Counted from the stretch's first letter, positions 8,257 to 19,174 are shown. The stretch is DNA of 64,000 nucleotides from Cyanobacteriota bacterium (GCA_033764955.1 JANRIL010000001.1:32653-96652), one strand, 5' to 3'. Translations and numbers: made by a program. Notes: generated from the sequence alone by a model not told the origin.

Positions 8257-8808
8257 CTAGCCCACTAACTCGATAGCATCCGCCCGCCGATCCGCATGGT
8301 GACGGGGCAGTCCTTCCAACGCCACTTCCCGATCATCGCGGCTGCCTGGGGGGATCCCAGGCTCAGTTAATTGATCCAGTTCGGTTACAAAGTCCTTAAC
8401 TCCCTGGAATTGTCGATAAACAGAGGCAAAGCGAACGTAAGCCACCTCGTTTAATTTTTGTAGCCCCTCTAGCACCATTTCGCCAATTTTGAGGGTACTG
8501 ACCTCCTGCACATCTTCCAGTTGCAGGCGCTCTTCAATGCGCTCCACCAGATCTTCCATTTGCTGGACACTGACCTGGGTCTTTTGACAGGCTCGCATCA
8601 CCCCCTGCAAAATTTTGTTGCGATTAAAGCTCTCCCGCGAACCATCCCGTTTGATCACCATGATCGGCACAAACTCAATCCGCTCATAGGTGGTGAATCG
8701 ATAACTGCACGACATACATTCCCGCCGCCGCCGCACACTCTGACCGGCCTCAGCTGAACGAGACTCCAAAACACGAATTTCTTGCTTGCTACAACGGGGG
8801 CATTTCAT
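8257..8808 (-). CDS. nrdR: Transcriptional repressor NrdR
   Basis: 'MKCPRC...VRRRRECMSC..RFTTYE', ATP-cone, 'VAYVRFASVYRQF'. Confidence 0.97.
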   Translation of the reverse strand: MKCPRCSKQEIRVLESRSAEAGQSVRRRRECMSCSYRFTTYERIEFVPIMVIKRDGSRESFNRNKILQGVMRACQKTQVSVQQMEDLVERIEERLQLEDVQEVSTLKIGEMVLEGLQKLNEVAYVRFASVYRQFQGVKDFVTELDQLTEPGIPPGSRDDREVALEGLPRHHADRRADAIELVG

Positions 8809-8925
8809 GGGTGCAAATCCTCTCAGGCGAACTCACAGTCGGCGAAATCAGTGAAGGGTAAGGGAACGCGGGGGAAAACTCATCCTCTAGGACGGAAGGC
8901 AAAATGCTGATGCAAACAAACTGTA

Positions 8926-10491
8926 TCAAATCTTCTCCGCTTGGGCATCACCATCCGCCATTGTCTGGATCGCTGCTGGGGATCCGGATTGCCACCAAGC
9001 TTGAGCGAGTGCCTGGATTTGGCGAATGGTCTCCGGTTCGAGACGATCCAGGTGAGCTAGCACCAACCCCATCCGACCTAGCCCCTGCAAGGTTTGGCGA
9101 TGTCTCAGTAAAAAATCCCAATAAAAGAAGTTAAACGGGCAAGCGTCCTCCCCAACTTTCTGGTTGTGATGATAGTGGCAAGAGCGGCAATAGTCACTCA
9201 TGCGATGGATGTAATTGGCGGAGGCGGCGTAGGGCTTGCTGGCGAGCATTCCCCCATCCGCAAACAACCCCATGCCAAGCACATTGGTTTGCATCACCCA
9301 ATCATAACTATCAATAAAGACCGCATGAAACCACGATTCCATGACTTGGGGTTGGATGCCGCTAATCAAGGCAAAGTTGCTGAGAATCATCAGCCGTTGA
9401 ATGTGGTGAGCATATCCGGTGCGCTGAATTTGATCGATGACTTGATGTAAACAATTCAAGTCTGTCTGTCCTGTCCAAAAAAAGTCGGGTAACGGATGTT
9501 GATGCTGAAAGGTATTCTGTTGAGCATAGTGATCGGGCATTAGATATTCATAAAGACCGCGCATATATTCTCGCCATCCCAATATCTGTCGAATAAATCC
9601 CTCCACACTGTTGATCGGGATCCCGTTCGTCCAGTAAGCATTTTCGGCCTCTTGGATTACCTCCTGAGGGGTCAATAGCCCCATATTTAGATAAGGAGAA
9701 ATCAAGCTATGCCAAAGGCTATCGGATCCCGTTACCATCGCATCTTGCCAAGGACCAAATTGGGTCAACCGATGGGCTAAAAAATCTTGTAAAACCAGCC
9801 AAGCCTGTGGTCGAGTCACCGCCCAGCCAAAGTTTTTCAGGGATCCAAAGTGATGGGTATAGTGGGTAGAGACTTTCTGGATGACCGTCTGGGTGATGGC
9901 ATCGGGGGGGAAATGGAGAGGGCTGGGAAAAGTGACTTGAGCAGGTGGAGGTTGGCGATTCTGGCTATCAAAATTCCACGCCCCGCCACAGGGATCCCTT
10001 CCTTCCATCAAAATCTGAAATCGTTTGCGCCCCGCTCGATAAAAATCTTCCATCAACAGACGTTTCCGACCTTTTGCCCATATCAGAAACTCGGATCTTG
10101 ACCAGAGAAAATGATTATTTTCAAGGAGGACAATCGGACAAGGAAGTTGAGGGGCTATGGCTTGAACGTATTCTCGAAAAGGAATATCGGCTGGGGTCAT
10201 CAGGCGAATTTCCCTGAGGTTTCGCTCCGTTGCCCAGTCATGCAAAGGGATGACAAAATCGACAGATTCTACATACGTGACTGGATAGCCCTGCTGGTGC
10301 AGTGCTTCTGCAAAATGACGCATAGCTGACCAGATCAGTACCAGCTTTTGTTGATGAAAATTACGCTGGTTTACCCAAGCCTGCGACTCGATCAAAATCA
10401 CCGGAATGGTGGCCGGATCGTCGGAAAGGCAGGCCAAAGCCGACTGTTGAGGATGCAGTTGATCGCCTAAAATCCAGACGCCTACGGTCAT
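8926..10491 (-). CDS. FeS-type cryptochrome/photolyase (FeS-BCP, PhrB/CryB-like (6-4) photolyase)
   Basis: 'ILGDQL', 'HQQKL..IWSAMRHFA', 'GYAHHIQRLM', and four cluster Cys (LNCL, YCRSC, ACPFN). Confidence 0.92.
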   Translation of the reverse strand: MTVGVWILGDQLHPQQSALACLSDDPATIPVILIESQAWVNQRNFHQQKLVLIWSAMRHFAEALHQQGYPVTYVESVDFVIPLHDWATERNLREIRLMTPADIPFREYVQAIAPQLPCPIVLLENNHFLWSRSEFLIWAKGRKRLLMEDFYRAGRKRFQILMEGRDPCGGAWNFDSQNRQPPPAQVTFPSPLHFPPDAITQTVIQKVSTHYTHHFGSLKNFGWAVTRPQAWLVLQDFLAHRLTQFGPWQDAMVTGSDSLWHSLISPYLNMGLLTPQEVIQEAENAYWTNGIPINSVEGFIRQILGWREYMRGLYEYLMPDHYAQQNTFQHQHPLPDFFWTGQTDLNCLHQVIDQIQRTGYAHHIQRLMILSNFALISGIQPQVMESWFHAVFIDSYDWVMQTNVLGMGLFADGGMLASKPYAASANYIHRMSDYCRSCHYHHNQKVGEDACPFNFFYWDFLLRHRQTLQGLGRMGLVLAHLDRLEPETIRQIQALAQAWWQSGSPAAIQTMADGDAQAEKI

Positions 10492-10527
10492 GATCTGGCT
10501 TCCTTGTCATAGTGGACGGGGATCCCG

Positions 10528-11547
10528 TTATTCACTCAGGTGTAGCCCTAATCCCTCTTTGCGGTTCCGCAGGTCGTAATATAAAATCGCCTTGATCACC
10601 TGCCAAAAGGGAAGAATCAGCGCCCCACTGACAAATCCCGCCAAAAGACTGACGATAAAACTGGCAGTGGTCACGGCAAAAAACAGCCAACTATCCTCCG
10701 GCAACAATAATCCAGCAATGTCAAAAGGAACCTGTGGTAAATAGCCCACGATCAACTGCACAGGTAGGGTAACAATACCCGCAATAAAAGTAATCAAAAA
10801 GAGGCGACCCACGGATCCCTGAGTCAACTGCCAACTGCGTCGGATACTGGCGGCGGTGGTCAGTTGCGGTTCAATCGCCAGGGGTAACTCCGACAACATC
10901 CAACGGGTATAGAACCAAGCTATAGGTAGCAACACTAGGCCAATCACCCCCAAAATCACCAGTAGCGCAATCACCAATCCCAACAAAATATTGTCAGAAG
11001 GAGAGTCGCCCCCAAATAAAGCCACCATCACAAAACCCAAAATCCCCAACACAACTACGGCCAGGATGACCAGCCCTAGATAAAGAACAAACATCAAAAT
11101 TCCCACCCGAAAGGCCACCCCCAAAAATGACCAAAGACGGGGATCCAAATCTTGGCGAGCGGCTGCTATGCTCTCCGGCTGATTGCTTAATTCTTTGAAG
11201 GTTAACCGAGAAATCAGAGCAGAAATCAACACAAACTTGGCCCAGCCGTAGAGTGCCAAGGGAATCATCACGAGAGCAAAAACCAGCAAAATGCCCGCCG
11301 CCGCCCCCAAGCCATCCAGGATAGCTACGGGAATATCGACCTCCTCACTAAAACCAGGAATGACCCCTGCCAAAAACGCAAACAGCGAACCATAAAGAAA
11401 CAAAAAGCAAAAGAAAAAGGGGATCAGCCAAAGATAAGCCCGCAGCGATAGCCAAAAGTAAGACTTAATCTGAGATCGCCAAAGCTGCACCCCCAAACTG
11501 ACCACATTGCCGACACTGAGAGGATTGAGGCTGGAATAGGCAGTCAT
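10528..11547 (-). CDS. Polytopic membrane protein (DUF975/GDPD-membrane-domain-like)
   Basis: 'PLSVGNVVS', 'SIRRSWQLT', 'LYYDLRNRKEG'; multiple transmembrane helices. Confidence 0.75.
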   Translation of the reverse strand: MTAYSSLNPLSVGNVVSLGVQLWRSQIKSYFWLSLRAYLWLIPFFFCFLFLYGSLFAFLAGVIPGFSEEVDIPVAILDGLGAAAGILLVFALVMIPLALYGWAKFVLISALISRLTFKELSNQPESIAAARQDLDPRLWSFLGVAFRVGILMFVLYLGLVILAVVVLGILGFVMVALFGGDSPSDNILLGLVIALLVILGVIGLVLLPIAWFYTRWMLSELPLAIEPQLTTAASIRRSWQLTQGSVGRLFLITFIAGIVTLPVQLIVGYLPQVPFDIAGLLLPEDSWLFFAVTTASFIVSLLAGFVSGALILPFWQVIKAILYYDLRNRKEGLGLHLSE

Positions 11548-11639
11548 AGCACTCCGGCATAAATAAGTGGAGCCAAGCAAGGCACGGATTGGTTTTATCT
11601 CGTACGGGTTAGATTATCGAGAGATCTTCAACAAAACTT

Positions 11640-12599
11640 ATGGATATTCAACGCTGGATGGCGCGCCGTGATCCGCAATGGCGAGAACTGGATAACCTGC
11701 TTAAACAGGCAGAAAGCCAAGGGATCCGTTCCCTGCGCTCCCCAGAAGTGCGGCAACTCTCCAGCCTTTACCGGAGCGTCAGCGCCGATCTGGCTCGTGC
11801 CCAAACCCATCAGGTGGGACAGGTGGTGACTCGCCATTTGCAGGATTTGGTGACCCGCAGTTTTGCCCAGATCTATCAGGGATCCCGGCGACAAGAATGG
11901 GCTGCCGTCTGGCAGTTTTATGCCTGGGGATTACCGAAGGTACTGCGTCAAACCTCACCCTATTGGGGGCTGGCGGTGCTGCTGTTTGGTCTCGGTATGG
12001 GAATTGGTTGGCAGAATAGCCAAGCGGATCCGCAGTTTATGGCCTTACTCGTACCGGAGGGGATCATTGAACAGGTGCGGGATCGGGGGGAGTTGTGGAC
12101 GGGTTCGATTGTCGGGGTAGAGCCGCTGGCCTCCAGCCGCATTACTACTAATAATTTGGCGGTTTGTTTCGCTGCCGTAGCAGGGGGGATCACGGCTGGG
12201 CTGTATACGGTTTTTATTATGGTTTTGAATGGGTTGTTGATCGGCTGTATCGCGGTGTTGGTGGCGCAATACCAGTTGGCAGGGTCTTTCTGGGCGTTTG
12301 TTTTTCCCCATGGGTCGTTGGAGTTACCTGCCATTTTTTTGGCGGGGGGGGCAGGATTGCTGTTGGCACGGGCGTTGTTGTTTCCCGGCTGGTATCGGCG
12401 ACTGGATGCTCTGCGCCTCTATGGTGGGTTAGCGGTTCGGTTGCTGGCGGCTGTTGTGCCGTTGTTGCTTTTAGCCGGAGCCATCGAGGGGTTTATTTCT
12501 CCCCAACCAGGGATCCCGGATGTCCTGAAATATGGCTTGGGATCCCTGCTGTTTGGCCTACTGATCAGCTATGGCTGTCGGCAACCGAAGAGAGGCTAA
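11640..12599 (+). CDS. SpoIIM-family (DUF95) membrane protein
   Basis: 'LYRSVSADLARA', 'ITTNNLAV', 'PHGSLELPAI', 'AGAIEGFISP'. Confidence 0.9.
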   Translation: MDIQRWMARRDPQWRELDNLLKQAESQGIRSLRSPEVRQLSSLYRSVSADLARAQTHQVGQVVTRHLQDLVTRSFAQIYQGSRRQEWAAVWQFYAWGLPKVLRQTSPYWGLAVLLFGLGMGIGWQNSQADPQFMALLVPEGIIEQVRDRGELWTGSIVGVEPLASSRITTNNLAVCFAAVAGGITAGLYTVFIMVLNGLLIGCIAVLVAQYQLAGSFWAFVFPHGSLELPAIFLAGGAGLLLARALLFPGWYRRLDALRLYGGLAVRLLAAVVPLLLLAGAIEGFISPQPGIPDVLKYGLGSLLFGLLISYGCRQPKRG

Positions 12600-13414
12600 A
12601 ACTGGTTGTTGATCCAGTCAGAGAACTCAGACACACGGGTATAGACCCCCGGAAAGCGGGGGCGACCACAACCCCGGCCAAAGCTAGTAACCCCCACTTG
12701 TACCCACGCACCCGGAGACTCTTCAACCAGCAGAGGCCCGCCGCTATCCCCTTGGCAGCTATCCCGCCCAGGTCTGCCGGCACAGATCATATTGTCAGAA
12801 ATTTGTCCCGGATAGGATTGACTGCAACTGGCGTTGGATTGAACCGTGACATCCACTTCCTGGAGTTGATTGGGAAAAAGGCGGGTAGGGCCTAGCCTCG
12901 CATCTCCCCAACCAATGGCGGTTGCCGTTTCTCCCACAAATAAACCATCAGCGGGTTCTGCTCTGGTCACAACAGGGATCCCTGTGGATGGGGGGGCGAT
13001 GAATAGCAACGCAATGTCGGAGTCTTCGCCGTTTAGCCCATAATCCGGGTGAATCGATAGGCTGGTGACCGCTAAGCGTTCTCCGCCATTGGTTAAGTCA
13101 GCCGTACCTAATAAAACCTCAATGTCTGCCGGATCACTCAACCCAGTGTCAACTAAGCAATGCGCCGCTGTCAGCACCACCTGCGGTGCAATCAGGGATC
13201 CTCCACAAAAGAATGCCTCATAGTTATCCGGCTGATCAGACTGCAACAGCGCCACCATCCAGGGATAAGCCCCAGGATCGGCATCGGATCCCCCCACAAT
13301 CAACTGACTCGACTCCGATGGGATCCCAGTTTGAGCGGTCGGGAGAGACTCCTTTCCACATCCGGCCACCAGAAAGAGCAACGATAAGCCCAGATAAGAG
13401 AAAGCACGGTTCAT
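12596..13414 (-). CDS. Trypsin-like S1A serine protease, predicted lipoprotein
   Basis: Lipobox LVAGC, IVGG, 'CGGSLI..LTAAHC', 'DIALL', 'DSCQGDSGGP', 'PGVYTRVS'. GGAG RBS before the ATG at 13414. Confidence 0.92.
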   Translation of the reverse strand: MNRAFSYLGLSLLFLVAGCGKESLPTAQTGIPSESSQLIVGGSDADPGAYPWMVALLQSDQPDNYEAFFCGGSLIAPQVVLTAAHCLVDTGLSDPADIEVLLGTADLTNGGERLAVTSLSIHPDYGLNGEDSDIALLFIAPPSTGIPVVTRAEPADGLFVGETATAIGWGDARLGPTRLFPNQLQEVDVTVQSNASCSQSYPGQISDNMICAGRPGRDSCQGDSGGPLLVEESPGAWVQVGVTSFGRGCGRPRFPGVYTRVSEFSDWINNQF

Positions 13415-13461
13415 ATCCATCTCCAGTGAGGAATGACTCCTATTAACGTAGCAGCAGATGG

Positions 13462-15228
13462 TTAAGGCTTCGGGTGAGGGAGGGTGAGTGGCGGCGGCTG
13501 AGTGGTCTCTAGCGTTTCTGTCCAGATAACCTGGTTTTTTAGAAGTACAACCCCCCCCCATTCCGCCTGCGAGGTTAGGGGTAGCCGTGCTTGCAGTTCG
13601 GCCACAAACGGTTGCCAGGTGACGACATGTTCTACCCAGCCATTCTCCACCAAGGGAATCAATGACCACAATTGTTCGCTGTAGGGAACCTGATCTGGCC
13701 CATAAAAATAGGGAATAAAGGAGCGAAAGCCGTAGAGAGCCACCGGATAGGGCGGCGAGGATCTAGAATCTACTGAGGCAAAGGACTGAAAGAAAGCCAT
13801 AGATCCCCCTTGGGTGTGGAGGAGCACCCGTGAGATTAACGTGCCCCAGATCAGTTGACCGCTCAGCCACGTGGCTAACAGGAGTAGTAGCCAACGGCGG
13901 GATCGTCTAGCCCCATTACTGGTGTTCCAGCCCAACCCAGAAACCCCCAGACCTATCAAGAGGATGATTCCCGGCCAATAGACATACCCCGGCCAGCTCA
14001 CGGGGGCACTCAGATAGGCTTGCGTCAAGGGATCCCCTATCCAGGTTTTGACCAGCTCTCGATGTTGCCCAACCCAGGCCAGAAGTAACAAGAGGCAGCC
14101 GATCAACCCGCCGCTCAGGAGCGTTCCCAGGGTTTCTAGCCTCGTCAAGCGGGATCCCTGCTCCAGGCAGCGCTGGCAACGGCGAGCCGCAAAATAGGAT
14201 CCCAAAGGATAGAGAAGGGAGGTGTAGTGGATCAGCTTGGTTTGCACCACCAGGGAAAACAACCCCAGCACCACTCCAAACGCTACCAAGAGCAGATGGC
14301 TGAAGCGACGGGCGGCCTGAGAATCTTGATTTTCCTGGGCTATCCAGGGATCTTGCATCCCCTGCCAAGTCAACCAGGCAAACGGGAAACACCCCAGACT
14401 GTAAGCCAGCAGATGAAAATAAATCGGCCCCCCATGACCGTCGGAGGTGGTCAAAATCCGCCACTGATAGCGGATAAATTGCCAGACAAAGGTGGGGCCA
14501 GCCAGCAGCCATTCCACTACAAACCAACTCAGCGCTACCCCACCCACCACCAGACTAAATCGCAGCCCTTCTCCCCAAGTCATCCAGGGATCCCGATGCC
14601 AGATTTTGTAGAGACCCCAGATCACTAACGGCAGAAGGATGCCCAACGGTCCTTTGGTCAACATCGCCAGACCCAGCAGGATTGCTCCCAGATAGAGGTA
14701 GTGATCGGCCTTTTTCTGGTGTAAGCGCGCCTGTTCCCAGCCAAACAAGCCCAGCAATCCCCCCAGCATCAGGCTATTCAGGAGCGGATCGATCAAACCC
14801 GTTTTGCCAAACAGCATCGGCAGCAAGCTGCCACCCATCAGGATCCCCCAACACCAAGCCAGCCGTGTGGATCCCAGGTGAGCCGCCACCCCCACCAACA
14901 GCCCCACCAACAGCCCTCCCGCCAGGGCATTGGGTAAACGAGCCGCCGTCGGATTCACCCCTCCCACCCCCATGCTGAGTGCCTGAAGCCAAAAAAAGAG
15001 GGGGGGCTTTTCCCAAAAGGGCAGGTCGTTGATGTGCAGTTCCCACCAATGCCCCGTCCGCAGCATGTGCCGAGCTAAGCTGCCATAGATCAACTCATCC
15101 CAGTCAAACAAAGCCGGGATCCCTTGCCCAATCAGCAGGCTAAGGGTGGCTAGCCCTCCCAACAGGATCCCAAGCCGCCACGGAACAGGTATTCTCGAAG
15201 AGAATCGTTGCCAGCCTAAATTGACCAT
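13462..15228 (-). CDS. ArnT/PMT-like GT-C glycosyltransferase (family 39/83)
   Basis: 'DWDELIY', 'FWEKPPLFFW', 'ARLPNAL', 'LTKGP', many transmembrane helices. Confidence 0.88.
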   Translation of the reverse strand: MVNLGWQRFSSRIPVPWRLGILLGGLATLSLLIGQGIPALFDWDELIYGSLARHMLRTGHWWELHINDLPFWEKPPLFFWLQALSMGVGGVNPTAARLPNALAGGLLVGLLVGVAAHLGSTRLAWCWGILMGGSLLPMLFGKTGLIDPLLNSLMLGGLLGLFGWEQARLHQKKADHYLYLGAILLGLAMLTKGPLGILLPLVIWGLYKIWHRDPWMTWGEGLRFSLVVGGVALSWFVVEWLLAGPTFVWQFIRYQWRILTTSDGHGGPIYFHLLAYSLGCFPFAWLTWQGMQDPWIAQENQDSQAARRFSHLLLVAFGVVLGLFSLVVQTKLIHYTSLLYPLGSYFAARRCQRCLEQGSRLTRLETLGTLLSGGLIGCLLLLLAWVGQHRELVKTWIGDPLTQAYLSAPVSWPGYVYWPGIILLIGLGVSGLGWNTSNGARRSRRWLLLLLATWLSGQLIWGTLISRVLLHTQGGSMAFFQSFASVDSRSSPPYPVALYGFRSFIPYFYGPDQVPYSEQLWSLIPLVENGWVEHVVTWQPFVAELQARLPLTSQAEWGGVVLLKNQVIWTETLETTQPPPLTLPHPKP

Positions 15229-16756
15229 GAGTTCTCAGCCAGTAAATCGAAAAAAACTATTGGATCAACGCAGTCGGTTGGTGCTGTTTTATGAACAGAT
15301 CATGGCTCTAGTTGCCCTTGCCAATTTATGTCTAATTTTATTTGATAGCAGCTACATCGCTTGGCGAGATTTCTGGTTGCAGGGCAAAATTCAACTGTTT
15401 GGTGGATTCGGGGATCCGATTGCCCTACCCATTTTATCGGAGGAAACGCATACTTCTCCCATCACACAGCTTTATGATCCGGTCAAGGGAATTGAACCCA
15501 ATCCAGACACTCAGCGCTACTTACAATTTGTCGATCAACTAGAGGCTGAAATTCTCAGATCGGGTATTACTTCAGAACTATCTCAAGAGCTGCTGGCCCA
15601 ACTTCGCAACCTTAGCCAAGAAATGATTGATACGGATCCTTTTCAGTTGGCAGGGAAAAGTGGGGTTCTGGCAAAAATTCAAAATCGTATGCGGGATCAT
15701 ATTCCCAATCAAGCCACAGGCAAAGCCGCTTTTTCCACCTTCTGGACGGCTGACTATCTAAGCCGCGTTCCCGAACAAGAGGGTTTGTCTTTTTTTCAGG
15801 AAGAAATTCGCCCTCTGCTGGAACTCAATTACAATCGTCCCATCGGAGAAAGTGGCAGCTACATTGATTTTTTCCCTGCTCTTGATTTTCCCTTTGTTGC
15901 CCTGTTTGGCCTAGAGTTATTGCTGCGGACTCTCATGATTAGTCGGCGCTTTACGGGGGTAAGTTGGTTAGATGCCGTTTTGTGGCGCTGGTACGATCTT
16001 TTGTTTCTGCTGCCCTTCTGGCGCTGGTTACGCATCATTCCTGTCGTGATTCGACTAGGGGATGCTCGACTGATCGATTTGGCACGGGTACGCAGTCAGA
16101 TGAGCCAAGGATTTGTCACTAATTTTGCAGAAGATTTAACCGAAGTAGTGGTGATTCGGGTGATCAATCAAATTCAGGGATCCATTCAACGGGGCAACTT
16201 TGGTTTGCTCCCCTCCGGTAAAAAATCTGCAGATTCTCCCCAAAAGTCTACTCATAAAAACCAAAACTTTACCTATATTGATCTGAATAATATCAATGAA
16301 ATCGAAGCCATTGCCACCATTTTTATCAAAATGATTTTGTATAAGGTTTTGCCCAAAGTGCAACCGGATGTAGAAGCGCTGCTTCGATACAATTTGGACA
16401 CGATTTTCAAGCAACTTCCCGGCTATGAAGGGTTGACCGCTTTAGGGATCCCGGAGCAGTTTGGACAACGCTTAGCCAGCGAAATTACTCAGTCTGTCTA
16501 CCAGTCTTTAACAAAATCGTTTGAGGATCCCGTCGGCAACCAACTGACTGCCCAACTCAGCCAGCATTTTATGACTGCCCTAATGAGCGAGCTAAAAGAA
16601 CGGCGTTCTCTAGAAGAGATTCGTCAGCTACTCTATGTCTTTTTGGAAGAAATTAAGCTGAATTATGTGGAGCGGCTATCCCAAGAAGATCTTGAAGAAG
16701 TCATGGAACAAACCCGCCGGATTCGTCAACAAGCCCAGAGCATCGATCCATCCTAA
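15227..16756 (+). CDS. Conserved cyanobacterial membrane protein of unknown function
   Basis: Long ORF with transmembrane helices and 'YDPVKGIEP', 'WRWYDLL..LPFWRWLRIIPV..RL'. Confidence 0.75.
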   Translation: MSSQPVNRKKLLDQRSRLVLFYEQIMALVALANLCLILFDSSYIAWRDFWLQGKIQLFGGFGDPIALPILSEETHTSPITQLYDPVKGIEPNPDTQRYLQFVDQLEAEILRSGITSELSQELLAQLRNLSQEMIDTDPFQLAGKSGVLAKIQNRMRDHIPNQATGKAAFSTFWTADYLSRVPEQEGLSFFQEEIRPLLELNYNRPIGESGSYIDFFPALDFPFVALFGLELLLRTLMISRRFTGVSWLDAVLWRWYDLLFLLPFWRWLRIIPVVIRLGDARLIDLARVRSQMSQGFVTNFAEDLTEVVVIRVINQIQGSIQRGNFGLLPSGKKSADSPQKSTHKNQNFTYIDLNNINEIEAIATIFIKMILYKVLPKVQPDVEALLRYNLDTIFKQLPGYEGLTALGIPEQFGQRLASEITQSVYQSLTKSFEDPVGNQLTAQLSQHFMTALMSELKERRSLEEIRQLLYVFLEEIKLNYVERLSQEDLEEVMEQTRRIRQQAQSIDPS

Positions 16757-16793
16757 TTGGGCATCCCAGTCCCCCAGTTCGGACGTTAATCCC

Positions 16794-16982
16794 TTAGGAC
16801 TTGCGCTTCTCTACCGAACGGGATCTGGAACCTTGTCGGGCACGGCGGCGTTTGTCCCGCCATTCCGCATAGGTGACATAACCAATCCCACCCGTTACCC
16901 CTACTAACAGAAGAAAGACGGTGGTATAGGCAATTTGTAAAACAACCGAGGGTAATTCAGGATTGGCGGGATCCACAACCAT
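16794..16982 (-). CDS. Small single-pass membrane protein downstream of petN
   Basis: Transmembrane helix followed by 'GGIGYVTYAEWRDKRRR'; AAGGAG RBS adjacent. Confidence 0.7.
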   Translation of the reverse strand: MVVDPANPELPSVVLQIAYTTVFLLLVGVTGGIGYVTYAEWRDKRRRARQGSRSRSVEKRKS

Positions 16983-17015
16983 CTCCTTGAGTCCAGCAAA
17001 ACGGGTTAGCACTCA

Positions 17016-17105
17016 TCACATGCCGTTGCGGCCCCACACCACCAGAGAGATGGACAAGACAAATGAGACTAAAACCGCAACCCAGCCGAGAGTAACAATA
17101 TCCAT
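17016..17105 (-). CDS. petN: Cytochrome b6f subunit VIII PetN
   Basis: Translates to [29 protein letters not shown] (below the ORF-track size cutoff). Confidence 0.96.
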   Translation of the reverse strand: MDIVTLGWVAVLVSFVLSISLVVWGRNGM

Positions 17106-17257
17106 GCCAACGATCCTTCTGCTTTGCAACATTTCGGTCTTTTTTATCCTAAATCATCTTGGGGATCCCTACCCCCAAAAAAGACGGTGTCCACTGTGGC
17201 ACACCGTCTTACTTTTTCAAGATCATTCTTGGAGGGGAGTCAGCCAATCTCTCCTGT

Positions 17258-19174
17258 CTACACCCCCAAACTGACGGGAATTGGGGAAGGCAGGGTAGGA
17301 TCGGGATCCACCTCCGGCAGTGGCATGACCAAGGGAGAGCCATCCAAAATAGCTTGTAGCTCTTCTCCATCAATCGTTTCCACTTCCATCAACCGTTGGG
17401 TGATCCGATCCAAAATGGCACGGTTGTCGCTCAAGACTTGTTTCGCTTTGGCGTAGGCAGCCTCCACCAAACGATGCACCTCTTCATCAATGATTGCCGC
17501 CGTCTCTTCCGAAAAATCCCGCTCGGTAGCGATGTCACGCCCCAAGAAGATATTACCGGATTGGCGTCCCAACGAGACATGCCCCAACCGATCACTCATG
17601 CCAAAGCGGGTCACCATATTGCGGGCAATGCGAGCCACCTGCTGGAGGTCGCTGGAGGCACCCGTCGTGATCTCGGTTTCTCCATAAACCACTTCTTCGG
17701 CGACCCTTCCCCCTAAGGCAACAGCCATCATATTTTGCAGATGGGCACGGGTGGTCAGCCCCATATCATCATCACTGGGCATAAACCAGGTCAATCCACC
17801 CGCCTGCCCACGGGGAATGATCGTGACCTTTTGAATGGGATCATAATTGGGCATCAAAGCCCCCACCAGGGCATGTCCGGCTTCGTGATAGGCCACCAGT
17901 TGCTTGCGCTTTTCGCTCATCAGGCGATCCTTCTTCTCTGGCCCGACCAAGACGCGATCGACAGCATCGTTGATCTCATCCATTGAGATTTCGGTTAAAT
18001 TGCGGCGGGCTGCCAAAATGGCCGCTTCGTTGAGCAGGTTAGCCAAGTCCGCTCCCGTAAAACCAGGGGTGCGACGGGCGATTTTTTCCAGATCAACATC
18101 TTGGCTGAGGGTTTTGCCACGGGCATGAACCTTCAGAACATCGTAGCGACCCGTAAAATCAGGCCGATCCACGGTGACTTGCCGATCAAATCGTCCGGGG
18201 CGCAGCAAGGCTGCATCCAAGACATCGGGACGGTTGGTGGCGGCAATCACGATGATGCCAGAGTTGCCCTCAAAGCCATCCATCTCGGTGAGCAGTTGAT
18301 TGAGGGTTTGTTCCCGCTCATCGTTGCCACCGCCTAAGCCAGCTCCTCGCTGCCGCCCTACGGCATCAATCTCATCGATGAAGACAATACAGGGGGCATT
18401 TTGCTTCGCCTGTTCAAAGAGATCGCGAACACGGGAAGCTCCTACGCCAACAAACATCTCGACAAATTCGGATCCCGAAATGGAGAAAAAGGGAACCCCA
18501 GCTTCTCCGGCCACCGCCCTCGCCAAGAGGGTTTTCCCCGTTCCGGGAGGCCCCACCAGCAGCACTCCTCTGGGAATGCGTGCCCCCAAAGCCGTAAAAC
18601 GCTCAGAATTTTTTAGGAAATCTACCACCTCGGCCAGCTCTAACTTGGCTTGCTCAATCCCCGCTACATCGTTGAAGGTGATCTGAGTTTTGGGTTCCAT
18701 CTGCACCCGCGCCTTGGATTTGCCAAAGTTGAGGGCTTGGTTGCCGGGGCCAGATTGGGCGCGTCGCAACAGCAAAAAGAGCCCCACTAAGATCAGAATC
18801 GGCAACAGCAAACTGCCCAAAAAGCGATTAAACAAGTTTTCCTCTTGAGCAGGTCTAACCACCAAATCTTCGACGCCATTGTCGCGAATGATGGTTTCAA
18901 ACTCAGGGGTGAGGGGGGGAAGATTGACCTGAACGAGAGCCGGACGACCATTTATAGAAGTATCGGCGATGGCAATCAATCGTCCATCTGCCATCGTCTC
19001 GATGGTGATCTTGTCAATTTGTTTGGCTTCGATGCGGCTGATCAGATCGGAGTAGGTGATTTCCATCCGATCGCTGGGTTTGCTCCCCAAAAAGGTGGTT
19101 GCCAACGAGATGACCACAATTGCCAGCAGAGCATATAAGCCTGCACTTCGCCATTTCTTATTTTTTTGCGCCAC
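17258..19174 (-). CDS. ftsH: ATP-dependent zinc metalloprotease FtsH (FtsH3-like)
   Basis: Two transmembrane helices, GPPGTGKT, '[11 protein letters not shown]', SRH, HEAGH. Confidence 0.97.
   Translation of the reverse strand: MAQKNKKWRSAGLYALLAIVVISLATTFLGSKPSDRMEITYSDLISRIEAKQIDKITIETMADGRLIAIADTSINGRPALVQVNLPPLTPEFETIIRDNGVEDLVVRPAQEENLFNRFLGSLLLPILILVGLFLLLRRAQSGPGNQALNFGKSKARVQMEPKTQITFNDVAGIEQAKLELAEVVDFLKNSERFTALGARIPRGVLLVGPPGTGKTLLARAVAGEAGVPFFSISGSEFVEMFVGVGASRVRDLFEQAKQNAPCIVFIDEIDAVGRQRGAGLGGGNDEREQTLNQLLTEMDGFEGNSGIIVIAATNRPDVLDAALLRPGRFDRQVTVDRPDFTGRYDVLKVHARGKTLSQDVDLEKIARRTPGFTGADLANLLNEAAILAARRNLTEISMDEINDAVDRVLVGPEKKDRLMSEKRKQLVAYHEAGHALVGALMPNYDPIQKVTIIPRGQAGGLTWFMPSDDDMGLTTRAHLQNMMAVALGGRVAEEVVYGETEITTGASSDLQQVARIARNMVTRFGMSDRLGHVSLGRQSGNIFLGRDIATERDFSEETAAIIDEEVHRLVEAAYAKAKQVLSDNRAILDRITQRLMEVETIDGEELQAILDGSPLVMPLPEVDPDPTLPSPIPVSLGV

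Noticed and set aside
13415..13669. N-terminal extension of the trypsin ORF
   Set aside because: It overlaps the ArnT-like gene; the RBS and lipoprotein signal start at 13414.
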